Assembly (NCBI GenBank): GCA_944372505.1
Contig: CALVZK010000001.1
Coordinates: forward strand, 22,555 to 46,554
Direction: 5' to 3'
DNA length: 24,000 bases
DNA from: an uncultured Clostridia bacterium
Lineage (GTDB): Bacteria; Bacillota; Clostridia; Christensenellales; UBA1242
The first letter of the stretch is position 1, and every line of letters begins with the position of its first letter. The notes below the pieces were generated by a model. The model ran no database searches and was not told the DNA's origin. It saw only the letters and a program-made list of their open reading frames with translations. Below, piece after piece: positions 1 to 9,571 of this stretch. The position numbers were made by a program, and so were the translations under genes.

Positions 1-1881
1 AGAAGAGAAGAACAAAGGAAAAACAATATTTTTATTGAAGATGAAAATGGGTTTGAAGAAGTTTCTTTTGGATCTAGAAAAAGCATTAAAAAGAAAAAAG
101 AAATTATTAAAAATGATCTTCCTTCAATTACTCATGCAATTTTAACTGCTAAAGAAATAACAGTTAAAGACTTCAGTGAAAAAATAGGAAAACCAGTTAC
201 AGAAATTGTTAAAAAATTGATGTTATTAGGAATAATGGCATCAATAAATTCAAATATAGATTATGAAACTGCAGAATTAGTTGCAAGTGACTTTGGGGTA
301 ACTTTAGAACTTAAAATAGATAAATCTTTTGAAGAAAAAATGTTAGAAACTGCGGAAGCTCAAGATGATGAAAAAGATCTCGTAAAACGTCCTCCTATTG
401 TTGCTGTTATGGGTCATGTCGATCATGGAAAAACTTCGCTTCTTGATGCATTTAGACAAACAAATGTTGTTGCAGGTGAGGCAGGAGGCATTACGCAAAG
501 TATAGGTGCTTATCAAATAACATTTAATGGTGAAAAAATTACATTTATAGATACTCCTGGTCATGCAGCCTTTACTCAAATGAGAGCAAGAGGGGCAAAA
601 GCTACGGATATCGCTATCTTAGTTGTTGCAGCTGATGATGGAGTAATGCCACAAACCATAGAAGCAATAAATCATATCAAAGCAGCAAATGTTCCAATAA
701 TTGTTGCTATCAATAAAATGGATAAACCTGAAGCCAATCCAGAAAGAATTAAGCAACAATTAGCAGAAAATAATATTTTGCCTGAAGAATGGGGAGGCGA
801 TGCAATATGCGTTCCTATTTCTGCAAAAACTGGAATGGGATTAGATGATTTAAAGCAAACCATTCTATTAGTTAGTGAAATGCTTGATTTAAAAGCAAAT
901 CCTAAAAAGATGGCTAGTGGCGTTGTAATAGAAGCAGAACTAGATAAAAACAGAGGTCCTGTTGCTTCAATTATCGTGCAAAATGGCACACTAAATGTTG
1001 GAGATTCCATAATGTCAGGTTTAACTTATGGAAAAATAAGAGCTATGTTTAATGATAAAGGTAAATCAATAAAACAAGCTGGTCCATCGACACCTGTTGA
1101 AATACTTGGTCTTAATGATGTTCCATCTTCAGGAGATTATGTTTATGAAGTAGATAACTCATTATCTAAACAAGTCATACAAGAAAGAATTGATAAGATT
1201 AAAAAAGAAAGAGCTTCACATTCTTCAGGTGTTACGCTTGATAACTTTATGAACCGTGTACAAGAAGGGAATTTAAAAAATTTAAATATAATTTTAAAAG
1301 CAGATACAATGGGCTCTGTTGAAGCTTTAAAAGCGGCTCTTTTAGCAATTAGAAATGAAGAAGCAAAAGTAAATATCGTTCATTGTGGAGCTGGATCAGT
1401 TACTGAAAGCGACGTTGATCTTGCCCAAACAACTGGATCTATTATAGTTTGCTTCAATCAACGTCCTGTTGCAAAAGCTAAAGCTTTAGCTGATGTATTA
1501 AAAGTACAAATAAAAGAATATAAAATTATTTATGAAGTAGTAGACGAAATTACTGCAGCTATAAATGGAATGTTAAGCATAAAATATGAAGAAGTTTATA
1601 TTGGTTATGCCGAGATTAGAATGGTATTTAAATTATCTACAGCAGGAAAAGTTGCAGGGTGTTATATTAAAGATGGAAAAGCTACTAGAAATTCAATTGC
1701 TATTGTTAAAAGAGGCGATGAGGAACTTGGAAAAACTTCTGTAGAATCTTTAAAAATAGTTAAAGACGAAAAATCAGAAGTAGTTAAAGGATTTGAATGT
1801 GGAATTAAATTAAGAGATAATATAGACTTTAAAGAAGGAGATATTATAGAATTTTATTCAAAAGAAATTGTCAAAAGATAA
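1..1881 (+). CDS. infB: Translation initiation factor IF-2, 5'-truncated at the window edge
   Basis: Frame 1 is open from base 1 through the listed ORF (217..1881). G1 motif GHVDHGKTSLLDA, G3 DTPGH, G4 NKMDKP, and IF2 C-terminal domains. The Met at 217 is internal. Confidence 0.98.
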   Translation, partial: RREEQRKNNIFIEDENGFEEVSFGSRKSIKKKKEIIKNDLPSITHAILTAKEITVKDFSEKIGKPVTEIVKKLMLLGIMASINSNIDYETAELVASDFGVTLELKIDKSFEEKMLETAEAQDDEKDLVKRPPIVAVMGHVDHGKTSLLDAFRQTNVVAGEAGGITQSIGAYQITFNGEKITFIDTPGHAAFTQMRARGAKATDIAILVVAADDGVMPQTIEAINHIKAANVPIIVAINKMDKPEANPERIKQQLAENNILPEEWGGDAICVPISAKTGMGLDDLKQTILLVSEMLDLKANPKKMASGVVIEAELDKNRGPVASIIVQNGTLNVGDSIMSGLTYGKIRAMFNDKGKSIKQAGPSTPVEILGLNDVPSSGDYVYEVDNSLSKQVIQERIDKIKKERASHSSGVTLDNFMNRVQEGNLKNLNIILKADTMGSVEALKAALLAIRNEEAKVNIVHCGAGSVTESDVDLAQTTGSIIVCFNQRPVAKAKALADVLKVQIKEYKIIYEVVDEITAAINGMLSIKYEEVYIGYAEIRMVFKLSTAGKVAGCYIKDGKATRNSIAIVKRGDEELGKTSVESLKIVKDEKSEVVKGFECGIKLRDNIDFKEGDIIEFYSKEIVKR

Positions 1882-1910
1882 TTTCTTTTTACTTTAGTAG
1901 GGGGTAAAAT

Positions 1911-2273
1911 ATGAGTTTAAGATTTGATAGAGCTAATAAAGAAATTCAAAGATGTATATCTTTAATTATACAAACAAAAATGAATGATCCGAGATTAGAT
2001 CCTATGATTTATGTTAGCGAAGTAGAAATAACTCCTGATTTTAAATATTGTAAAGTAAAAATAGCATTAGATAATGAAAATAAAGAAAAATTAAATCGAA
2101 TGATAGATGTGTTACAAAAATCTGAAGGATTTATAAAAAGAGAACTTATAAAACTGGTAAAGATGCCTTCAGTGCCTAAAATAAAATTTGAAATAGATAA
2201 AGGAACAAATGCTACTATTCGAATAAATGAAATTTTAAAATCTTTAAACTTAAAAGACGAAGGTAAAAAATAA
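1911..2273 (+). CDS. rbfA: Ribosome-binding factor A
   Basis: 120 aa, MSLRFDRANKEIQRCISLIIQTKMNDPRL...VSEVEITPDFKYCKVKIAL is typical RbfA. Located directly after infB, with SD GGGGGT. Confidence 0.96.
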   Translation: MSLRFDRANKEIQRCISLIIQTKMNDPRLDPMIYVSEVEITPDFKYCKVKIALDNENKEKLNRMIDVLQKSEGFIKRELIKLVKMPSVPKIKFEIDKGTNATIRINEILKSLNLKDEGKK

Positions 2274-3236
2274 ATGAACAAAAGTTTAAAACAAATTGCT
2301 AAACTAATAAAAAAGGCAAAAAAAATCGCAATATTTACACATATAGATCCAGATTTTGATGCTTTAGGATCTTCTTTATCTCTGTATTATGTATTAAAAG
2401 AGTTAAAAAAAGAAGTTGTTGTATTTTCTAAAAATAATTTTACTCATCAGGAAAAATTAATATTAGACGAATCAATTATTAATCACAATGATTGTAATGT
2501 AAATAATTTTGAATTATTTATTTCAACAGATACTCCAACTTTAAAACGTCTAGGAGATTATTCTTCCATTTTTTCCAACTTAAACAATAATACTATCGTG
2601 ATAGATCATCATAATAATTTAGATTTAAAAGGAAAACATACCTACATTAATGCAAATTATAGTTCATGTAGTGAAATAATATTTGAACTATTAAAAATAA
2701 TGAAAATAAAAATTTCATCGTTTGTTGCAACTATTTTATATACAGGTCTAGCAAGTGATACTAATTCATTTATAAATAGTAACACAAATTCTTTCTCTTT
2801 TATTCATGCTTGCGAACTTGCAAAACTAGGTGCTAACCTTGTTGAAGTTAATCAAAAACTTTTTAGAACAAAAACTAAAATGGAAATTGAATTAAAAAAA
2901 TATTTATATAACAATTATAAAATCAAAAAAGATATCGCTTATTGTTATGTTGATAATCAAACTTTAAAACAGTTAAAAGCCGAAAAATCAAATTGTAGCG
3001 GTTTTAGTACCACTCTTATTTCTATAGAAAATATTAATTATAGTTTCAGTATAGTCGAAGATGAAGATGGAAATTGTAATATATCTCTAAGATCCAAAGA
3101 TGGATATGATGTAAGAAAAATAGCAGAATCATTAGGAGGTGGAGGGCATATTTGTGCCTCAGGAGCAAGGATTCAATCTAATAATATAAAATATGTTGTC
3201 AATAAAATTTTAAAGTTAATAGAAAACAATAGGTAA
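2274..3236 (+). CDS. nrnA: DHH/DHHA1 family phosphoesterase (NrnA-like oligoribonuclease/pAp phosphatase)
   Basis: THIDPDFDALGSS, IDHHNN, and C-terminal GGGGHICASGA motifs. Sits between rbfA and truB. Confidence 0.93.
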   Translation: MNKSLKQIAKLIKKAKKIAIFTHIDPDFDALGSSLSLYYVLKELKKEVVVFSKNNFTHQEKLILDESIINHNDCNVNNFELFISTDTPTLKRLGDYSSIFSNLNNNTIVIDHHNNLDLKGKHTYINANYSSCSEIIFELLKIMKIKISSFVATILYTGLASDTNSFINSNTNSFSFIHACELAKLGANLVEVNQKLFRTKTKMEIELKKYLYNNYKIKKDIAYCYVDNQTLKQLKAEKSNCSGFSTTLISIENINYSFSIVEDEDGNCNISLRSKDGYDVRKIAESLGGGGHICASGARIQSNNIKYVVNKILKLIENNR

Positions 3237-3245
3237 TTTAAAAAA

Positions 3246-4097
3246 ATGGAAATTAATGGAATAATTTTATTAAACAAAGAAAAGGGAATTTCTTCAAATA
3301 AATTAGTAAACAAAGTAAAGTATTTATTAGGTGCAAATAAGGCTGGACATCTTGGAACTTTAGATGTTTTAGCTGAAGGATTATTACCTATTACGCTTGG
3401 TAAAGGAACAAAATTATTTAATTACTATTTGAATAAAAGAAAACAATATATAACTACTTTTAAATTTGGGTATACCACCGATACTTTAGATTTAGAAGGG
3501 GAAAAAACTTATTATAATGATATAAAACTTTATAAGAAGGATATTATTAAAGTAATACCAAACTTTATTGGAAAAATGAAGCAAGTGCCTCCAATTTATT
3601 CAGCAAAAAAAATTGCAGGTAAAAAAGCTTATTCTTTAGCAAGAAAATCTCAAATTAAAGAAAACGATTTAACAGCTAAAGAAATTGAAATATATAATAT
3701 TTCTTTATTAAAATGTTTAGGAAAAAATACATTTCAATTTTTAGTAGATTGCTCTAGCGGAACATATATTAGAAGTTTATGCAGAGATATGGCTAATAAA
3801 TTAAACACATTTGGTGTTATGTTAAATATAATACGCACTAAATGTGGTGATTTTAAAATAGAAAATTCATATTCTTTAGAGGAAATTTCTAAAGGCAAAT
3901 TTGAAATTATAAATCTTGATTCTTTGTTTTCCTATGACTCAATTAATTTAGAAGAAGATTCCAATAAATTATTAAATGGACAAACTATAAAAATTAATCA
4001 TTGTGACGGCATTTACAAATGTTTTCATAATGATGTATTTATAGGTTTAATTGAAATAATTAACAAAACTGCAAAATTAAAGCTTCGATTAATTTGA
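3246..4097 (+). CDS. truB: tRNA pseudouridine(55) synthase TruB
   Basis: GIILLNKEKGISSNKLV...KAGHLGTLDVLAEGLLPI contains the TruB catalytic Asp motif, and GTYIRSLCRDMA is also present. Confidence 0.95.
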   Translation: MEINGIILLNKEKGISSNKLVNKVKYLLGANKAGHLGTLDVLAEGLLPITLGKGTKLFNYYLNKRKQYITTFKFGYTTDTLDLEGEKTYYNDIKLYKKDIIKVIPNFIGKMKQVPPIYSAKKIAGKKAYSLARKSQIKENDLTAKEIEIYNISLLKCLGKNTFQFLVDCSSGTYIRSLCRDMANKLNTFGVMLNIIRTKCGDFKIENSYSLEEISKGKFEIINLDSLFSYDSINLEEDSNKLLNGQTIKINHCDGIYKCFHNDVFIGLIEIINKTAKLKLRLI

Positions 4098-4155
4098 TTT
4101 TATTTAAAAATAAATTTATTTATATAATTTTAAATAAATTGAAAGGAGAAAATAA

Positions 4156-5016
4156 ATGGTACTTTTTGGTCCATCTGGATGTGGGGAAGAATTTTATAAT
4201 GAAGGATTTAAAGATATTTTTCAAGTTCCTAAATGGTTAAAAAATAAAGGACTTGATGCATATGAATATTCTTTTGGACATGGATATCAGATGAATTTAC
4301 AAACTGCTGAAAAAGCAGGGAGATTATTTAAAGAAAATAATATTGAAACTTCTATACATGCTCCATTTTATATTAATTTTGCAAATCCTGACGAAGAAAT
4401 GTTTTTAAAAACAAAAGGTTATATTTACACAGGCATTAAATTTCTAAATGCTTTTAGATCAAAAAAACTTATTTTCCATGCAGCATCATGTGGAAAAATG
4501 AAAAGAGAAGAAGCTTTAAAATTAACTGAAAAACGCTTCATTGAAACATTTGATTCTTTAGAAAGTGATGGATTATTGAATGGACTCTATTTATGTCCAG
4601 AAACCATGGGAAAATCTTTACAAATAGGCACTTATAAGGAAATTATTCAATTATGTAAACTCAACAAACACCTTATTCCTACTTTTGATTTTGGTCACAT
4701 TAATGCTCTTGAACAAGGCTCTTTAAAATCTGAAGATGATTATAAAAAAGTTTTTGATTATTCTTTAGATGTGTTGGGCTTTGACAAAACAAATAACTGC
4801 CACATTCATTTTTCCAAAATTCAATATGGTCCAAAAGGCGAAATTAAGCATCTAAATTTTGATGATAATATTTTTGGTCCTAATTTTGAACCACTTGCTA
4901 AAGTATTAATTGATTATAAACTTTCTCCCACTGTTATTTGTGAATCAATGTCTTTAATGCCTCATGATGCTCGTATTATGAAAAAAATATATAATAATTT
5001 ACTAGACAAATCATAA
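4156..5016 (+). CDS. AP endonuclease family 2 / endonuclease IV-like TIM barrel protein
   Basis: 286 aa with SIHAPFYINFANP, LIFHAASCGK, CPETMGK, PTFDFGHINA, CHIHFSK and VICES, which resemble endonuclease IV metal-ligand motifs. SD GAAAGGAG. Confidence 0.8.
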   Translation: MVLFGPSGCGEEFYNEGFKDIFQVPKWLKNKGLDAYEYSFGHGYQMNLQTAEKAGRLFKENNIETSIHAPFYINFANPDEEMFLKTKGYIYTGIKFLNAFRSKKLIFHAASCGKMKREEALKLTEKRFIETFDSLESDGLLNGLYLCPETMGKSLQIGTYKEIIQLCKLNKHLIPTFDFGHINALEQGSLKSEDDYKKVFDYSLDVLGFDKTNNCHIHFSKIQYGPKGEIKHLNFDDNIFGPNFEPLAKVLIDYKLSPTVICESMSLMPHDARIMKKIYNNLLDKS

Positions 5017-5031
5017 CAACTGTGATAAAAT
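5003..5031 (+). promoter_or_regulatory. Putative sigma-A promoter for efp (TAGACA-N17-TAAAAT with extended -10 TGA)
   Basis: TAGACA at 5003-5008, TAAAAT at 5026-5031, TG at 5023-5024. Predicted +1 about 5038, efp ATG at 5065. Confidence 0.55.
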
Positions 5032-5064
5032 AAATAGGTAAAATTTATTTATAAGGAGAAATAT

Positions 5065-5625
5065 ATGGTTTTTGCTGGAGATTTTAGAAAAGGTACTACT
5101 TTTGAAATGGATGGTGCGGTTTATTCTGTTATTGATTTTTTACATGTTAAGCCTGGTAAAGGCTCTCCATTTGTTAGGGCAAAATTAAAAAATGTTATGA
5201 CTGGACAAGTAAAAGAAACTACTTTTAATCCATCAGACAAATTTCCTATCGCTGTTATTGAAAAGAAAGAAATGACTTATTTGTACAATGATGGAGCAAT
5301 TTATTATTTTATGGACAATGAAACTTATGACCAAATTCCATTAAATAAAGACAGTGTAGAAGATGCTCTTAATTATGTCAAAGAAAATGAAATTTGCACA
5401 ATGTATTTTTATAAAGGAAATCCTTTTTCAATATATCCACCAACATTTGTTGAATTAGAAGTTATAGATTGTGAGCCTGGTGTACAAGGAGACACTGCGA
5501 AATCTTCTTCTAAACCAGCAAAACTTGAAACAGGATATGTTTTGAATGTTCCATTGTTTATAAATGTGGGCGATAAAGTGAGAATTGACACTAGAGATGG
5601 AAGTTACATGGAAAGAGTTAAATAA
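5065..5625 (+). CDS. efp: Elongation factor P
   Basis: 186 aa, [43 protein letters not shown] and C-terminal [37 protein letters not shown]. Confidence 0.98.
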   Translation: MVFAGDFRKGTTFEMDGAVYSVIDFLHVKPGKGSPFVRAKLKNVMTGQVKETTFNPSDKFPIAVIEKKEMTYLYNDGAIYYFMDNETYDQIPLNKDSVEDALNYVKENEICTMYFYKGNPFSIYPPTFVELEVIDCEPGVQGDTAKSSSKPAKLETGYVLNVPLFINVGDKVRIDTRDGSYMERVK

Positions 5626-5645
5626 AACAAATTATTTAAAAATAT

Positions 5646-5680
5646 AAAGGTTGTATAGAAAAATACAACCTTTTTTATTT
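5646..5680 (+). terminator. Rho-independent terminator after efp
   Basis: Perfect 11-bp stem AAAGGTTGTAT (5646-5656) / ATACAACCTTT (5663-5673), 6-nt loop, T-rich tail. Confidence 0.88.
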
Positions 5681-5798
5681 TATCATTTATTGATTTTATG
5701 TTCTTAATTTACTAATTTTTTCTATACAAATTTTGGCTATAATTGTCGTTTCAGTATTTATAAAACTTCTCATTCATAGCATACAAAAAGAGGTTTTT

Positions 5799-6704
5799 AT
5801 GTTAGAAAAAATTTTGCCGAATGATATTTATTCAATCTTAAAAAATAGAGTTAACATAAATAGTATAAACGAAATAAGATTAAGAAGTGATAAACCTATT
5901 TTACTACAAATTGGGAGCAAAAGAACATTCCTTTCTTATGGAGGAACTACTTCTAATATAAATGATGCAATAATTGCCTCAAAAATCATGATTGAGGATA
6001 TTATTTTCAGAGCAAGTGAGTGTTCTATTTATTCGGTTAATGAACAAATTAAAAAAGGATTTATTGTGACTCCTGGCGGTATGCGTCTTGGACTTGGTGG
6101 GGATTTAATTGAAGAAAATGCAGTTATAAAAACTATGAGTAATTTTTCTAGTGTTAATATTAGACTCCCTCATGAAATTAAAAATTGCAGTTTAAGCGCC
6201 TTTGACTATCTTATAGGTGAAGAAACAATTTATAACTCGTTAATTATTTCACCTCCTGGGGCTGGTAAAACAACTTTTTTAAGAGATTTTATAAGACAGC
6301 TTTCAGACCATAATTACGCATTCAATGTTCTTGTACTTGATGAAAGGGGAGAACTTGATTTAGGGACTAAAAATTGTTTAGGAAGTTTCACTGATAAGAT
6401 ATCTTTCGCTAAAAAATCTGTTGGTTTTGAAAATGGGATAAGAGCTTTATCACCACATATTATTGTAACTGATGAACTAGGACAAAAGGAGGATATTGAT
6501 GCAATTTTATATGCAGTAAATTGTGGTGTAAAAATTTTGGCTTCTGTCCATAGTGACAGCATAGAAAGTTTATCGCGTAAACCTCTTTTTGATGAAATAT
6601 TTAAAAATAAGGTATTTCAAAGATATGTTCTTCTGTCTATGCGAAATGGTCCAGGTACTTTAGAAGGAATTTATAATGAAAATTTTTCTCGATTAAGAAT
6701 TTAG
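5799..6704 (+). CDS. spoIIIAA: Stage III sporulation protein AA (ATPase)
   Basis: Walker A SPPGAGKTTFLRD, Walker B VLVLDERGEL, and the first gene of an AA-AH cluster. The track start is 5733, but ATG 5799 has SD AAAGAGG at proper spacing and begins MLEKILPNDIYSIL. Confidence 0.93.
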   Translation: MLEKILPNDIYSILKNRVNINSINEIRLRSDKPILLQIGSKRTFLSYGGTTSNINDAIIASKIMIEDIIFRASECSIYSVNEQIKKGFIVTPGGMRLGLGGDLIEENAVIKTMSNFSSVNIRLPHEIKNCSLSAFDYLIGEETIYNSLIISPPGAGKTTFLRDFIRQLSDHNYAFNVLVLDERGELDLGTKNCLGSFTDKISFAKKSVGFENGIRALSPHIIVTDELGQKEDIDAILYAVNCGVKILASVHSDSIESLSRKPLFDEIFKNKVFQRYVLLSMRNGPGTLEGIYNENFSRLRI

Positions 6705-6713
6705 GAGGGTATC

Positions 6714-7208
6714 ATGAAGTATATTTTGCTTATATTTCTTATGTTTGTTTGTATTTTTATTGGTTTTATTTTTTCAAAAAAATATAGCTTAAGAGCCAAT
6801 TTTTTTAAAGCAATTATTTCTCTTTGTCAAAAATTTGATATTGAAATAAACTTTTCTCGAGAAAGGTTAAAAAATATATTTTTAAATCTAGACGATAATA
6901 TTAAAAAAAATTTAAAAGGTATAGATAAAAACTATATTTCTTTTATTGATAAAGAAACTCCTCTTGACAAAGTCTCTCTTTTTTCAAACATAAATTTTTT
7001 AAAAGAAGAAGAAAAGGACATTTTGTTTAATTTTTTTCGTTCACTTGGCAGAAGTGATCTAGAAAGTCAATCTAAAGAAATAAAAAATTATTTAGTAAAA
7101 TTTAATGAATTTTCTCAAAAAACTTCTTTGGATAATAAAAAATATGGTTCTTTATCAATAAAACTTGGAGTTATTGCAGGTTTAGTCCTTATTGTTTTAT
7201 TTATTTAA
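6714..7208 (+). CDS. spoIIIAB: Stage III sporulation protein AB
   Basis: Position in the cluster, N-terminal TM segment, and the C-terminal pattern SLSIKLGVIAGLVLIVLFI. Confidence 0.85.
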   Translation: MKYILLIFLMFVCIFIGFIFSKKYSLRANFFKAIISLCQKFDIEINFSRERLKNIFLNLDDNIKKNLKGIDKNYISFIDKETPLDKVSLFSNINFLKEEEKDILFNFFRSLGRSDLESQSKEIKNYLVKFNEFSQKTSLDNKKYGSLSIKLGVIAGLVLIVLFI

Positions 7209-7219
7209 AGGAGGAAAAT

Positions 7220-7414
7220 ATGGACGTAGATATTATCTTTAAAATTGCCGCTATTGGCATTTTAACAGCAATAATCGGACAAGTACTAAAACAAGCTGGC
7301 AAAGATGAAATTTCAACTTTAGCAACACTCGCAGGACTTATTATTGTTTTGTTAATGGTTATTAATTTAATCGCTGATTTATTTAGCAGTTTAAAAACTA
7401 TTTTCAATTTTTAG
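7220..7414 (+). CDS. spoIIIAC: Stage III sporulation protein AC
   Basis: 64 aa two-TM protein MDVDIIFKIAAIGILTAIIGQVLKQAGKDEISTLATLAG, typical SpoIIIAC. Confidence 0.93.
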   Translation: MDVDIIFKIAAIGILTAIIGQVLKQAGKDEISTLATLAGLIIVLLMVINLIADLFSSLKTIFNF

Positions 7415-7424
7415 TTAGGAGATT

Positions 7425-7817
7425 ATGGATATAATATTTAAAATTGTCGCAATAGGGCTTATTACTTGTGTAACTACTATTATTGTTAAGCCTATTCGCA
7501 ATGACTTTGCGATTTTAATAAGTGTAGTCGGTGGATTAATTATCTTATTTTTGATAATAAACTATCTTACTGGCATTTTTAATACATTACAAAATATTAT
7601 TGGTATAACAAATTTAAACTCTAGTTTATATAAAATTTTACTTAAAATAATTGGAATTGGATATCTTATTGAATTCACTGCTGGTATATGCATTGATACA
7701 GGCAACAATAGTCTTGCAGATAAGGTTTTACTTGGTGGAAAAATTATTATTATGGTTATGGCTTTACCTATTATAACAAGTATTTTAGAAATTATAATGG
7801 AGTTATTACCATCATGA
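7425..7817 (+). CDS. spoIIIAD: Stage III sporulation protein AD
   Basis: 130 aa membrane protein MDIIFKIVAIGLITCVTTIIVKPIRNDFAILISVVGG; position in the cluster. Confidence 0.92.
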   Translation: MDIIFKIVAIGLITCVTTIIVKPIRNDFAILISVVGGLIILFLIINYLTGIFNTLQNIIGITNLNSSLYKILLKIIGIGYLIEFTAGICIDTGNNSLADKVLLGGKIIIMVMALPIITSILEIIMELLPS

Positions 7818-9061
7818 AAAAATATAAATTTGATTATCATCAAAAAAATAAGAAATGCCTGTTGCTTTTACCAATAATTTTACTTTTCTTTTTTTGTCCT
7901 ACTATTGGTAAGGGTTATATTGTAAATGCTTATTCAACTTCTCAAAATTCCGAAATTTCTTCTTCAGAGGAAGATATCACAACCGAACTGCAAGATGAGG
8001 TAAACGATCAACTAAAAGATTTAGATTTTTCTTCATTAGAGGATATACTAAATTCTTTAACGGAAGGACAAATAAAAATCTTTGGTGGTAGCAGTTTTTT
8101 AGAAAAATTGCAAAAATTAATTAATGGAGATTTTGATAAATCTAATGGTTTGTGGGGAGCAATAATTGAAATATTTTTTGATACTATTTTAGGTTTGCTT
8201 CCTATTATTTCTATTATTGTTGCCGTAGCGCTTTTAGGGAATATGCTACAAGGAATAAAACCTAGCAACGGTAAAAGTATTTCTAATCTAATTAATTTTG
8301 TAACTTATGGTGTTATTGTAGTTCTTATTTTATCAATGGTACTTCAAATGGTTACTTTGACTTCTTCAACTATCATTACAATTAAAAATCAAATGGATGC
8401 AATATTTCCAATTTTATTAACTTTGTTAACAGCAATAGGGGGTACAGTTTCTACTAGTATTTATCAGCCAGCTATGGCACTTTTATCAAGTATTTTAATA
8501 AACTTTTTTACCTATATTTTATTGCCAATATTTATATTTTCTGTTGTTTTTAATGTCGTATCAAATTTATCTAACACTGTAAAATTAGAAAAATTCTCTT
8601 CTTTTTTAAATAGTACTTATAAGTGGTTAATTGGATTGGTATTTACAATTTTTACAGCATTTTTATCAATTCAAGGTATAACTGCTGGATCTATTGATGG
8701 TATATCTATTAGGACAGCCAAATATGCAATTAAATCTTATATACCTATTTTAGGTTCTTATTTAAGTGATGGTATGGGAATAATATTAGCTTCTTCAAAT
8801 TTAATAAAAAATGCTGTAGGAGCAACTGGATTATTTTTACTTTTAGCAACAATTATTTCTCCACTTTTAGAACTAATTTTATTTATGCTCGCCTTAAAAC
8901 TTATTGCAGCAATAGTTGAACCTTTAGGAAATAAACAGGTCGCTAATTTTGTTTCATATCTTTCTAAAAGTATGGTTTTACTGATTGTACTTTTAATAGG
9001 AGTCGCTTTTGTATATTTTATTACCATTGGTTTAGTAATGTGTTCTGCAAATATTTTATAG
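7814..9061 (+). CDS. spoIIIAE: Stage III sporulation protein AE
   Basis: 415 aa multi-TM protein with a signal-like N-terminus. Overlaps spoIIIAD by 4 nt (ATGA) and sits in the cluster. Confidence 0.92.
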   Translation: MKKYKFDYHQKNKKCLLLLPIILLFFFCPTIGKGYIVNAYSTSQNSEISSSEEDITTELQDEVNDQLKDLDFSSLEDILNSLTEGQIKIFGGSSFLEKLQKLINGDFDKSNGLWGAIIEIFFDTILGLLPIISIIVAVALLGNMLQGIKPSNGKSISNLINFVTYGVIVVLILSMVLQMVTLTSSTIITIKNQMDAIFPILLTLLTAIGGTVSTSIYQPAMALLSSILINFFTYILLPIFIFSVVFNVVSNLSNTVKLEKFSSFLNSTYKWLIGLVFTIFTAFLSIQGITAGSIDGISIRTAKYAIKSYIPILGSYLSDGMGIILASSNLIKNAVGATGLFLLLATIISPLLELILFMLALKLIAAIVEPLGNKQVANFVSYLSKSMVLLIVLLIGVAFVYFITIGLVMCSANIL

Positions 9062-9070
9062 GGAGGTAAA

Positions 9071-9571
9071 ATGATAGAAAATTTATCAAACTGGATTTTA
9101 TCTATTGCTGGTATTATTTGTCTTTCAGTGATTGTTGAATTAATTTTACCAGAAGGTCAGATGAATAAATATATCAAAGGCGTTTTCTCTTTTATTATTG
9201 TCCTTGTTATAATTATGCCAATACCTAATTTATTAAAAAAAGAATATAATTTTTCAGAAATTTTAGATGAAAATGTTTTTGAAGTAGATGAAGATTATTT
9301 ATATCAAATAAATTTAAATAAAATAAATTTAATAAAGGAAAAAATTGAAACAGATATAAGATCATATGGATATTTAAATGTGAAAATATATATTAATTGC
9401 AATATTTTTGATAAAGGAATGGAATTTAAGTCGATAAATGTCGATTTATCTGATTTAGTAATAACTCAAAATGCAGAGCATAAAAATATATCAAAGATAA
9501 AAAAAGACATTACAAGCATTATTCTAAATTTAATCGATATAAACGAGGAGGCAATTCTATATGACGGATAA
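9071..9571 (+). CDS. spoIIIAF: Stage III sporulation protein AF
   Basis: 166 aa, MIENLSNWILSIAGIICLSVIVELILPEGQMNKYIKGVFSFIIVLVII is a characteristic SpoIIIAF N-terminus. Confidence 0.92.
   Translation: MIENLSNWILSIAGIICLSVIVELILPEGQMNKYIKGVFSFIIVLVIIMPIPNLLKKEYNFSEILDENVFEVDEDYLYQINLNKINLIKEKIETDIRSYGYLNVKIYINCNIFDKGMEFKSINVDLSDLVITQNAEHKNISKIKKDITSIILNLIDINEEAILYDG

Noticed and set aside
343-579. Small minus-strand ORFs over infB (343..579, 672..1010)
   Set aside because: Antisense shadows of the strongly conserved infB coding frame, with no recognisable domains.
2009-2281. Minus-strand ORF opposite rbfA
   Set aside because: Fully overlaps rbfA, no family resemblance; low-complexity hydrophobic translation typical of an antisense AT-rich frame.
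7201-9027. Minus-strand ORFs opposite spoIIIAC-AE (7201..7407, 7562..7843, 8008..8268, 8758..9027)
   Set aside because: All lie antisense to intact, recognisable sporulation genes, with no independent support.
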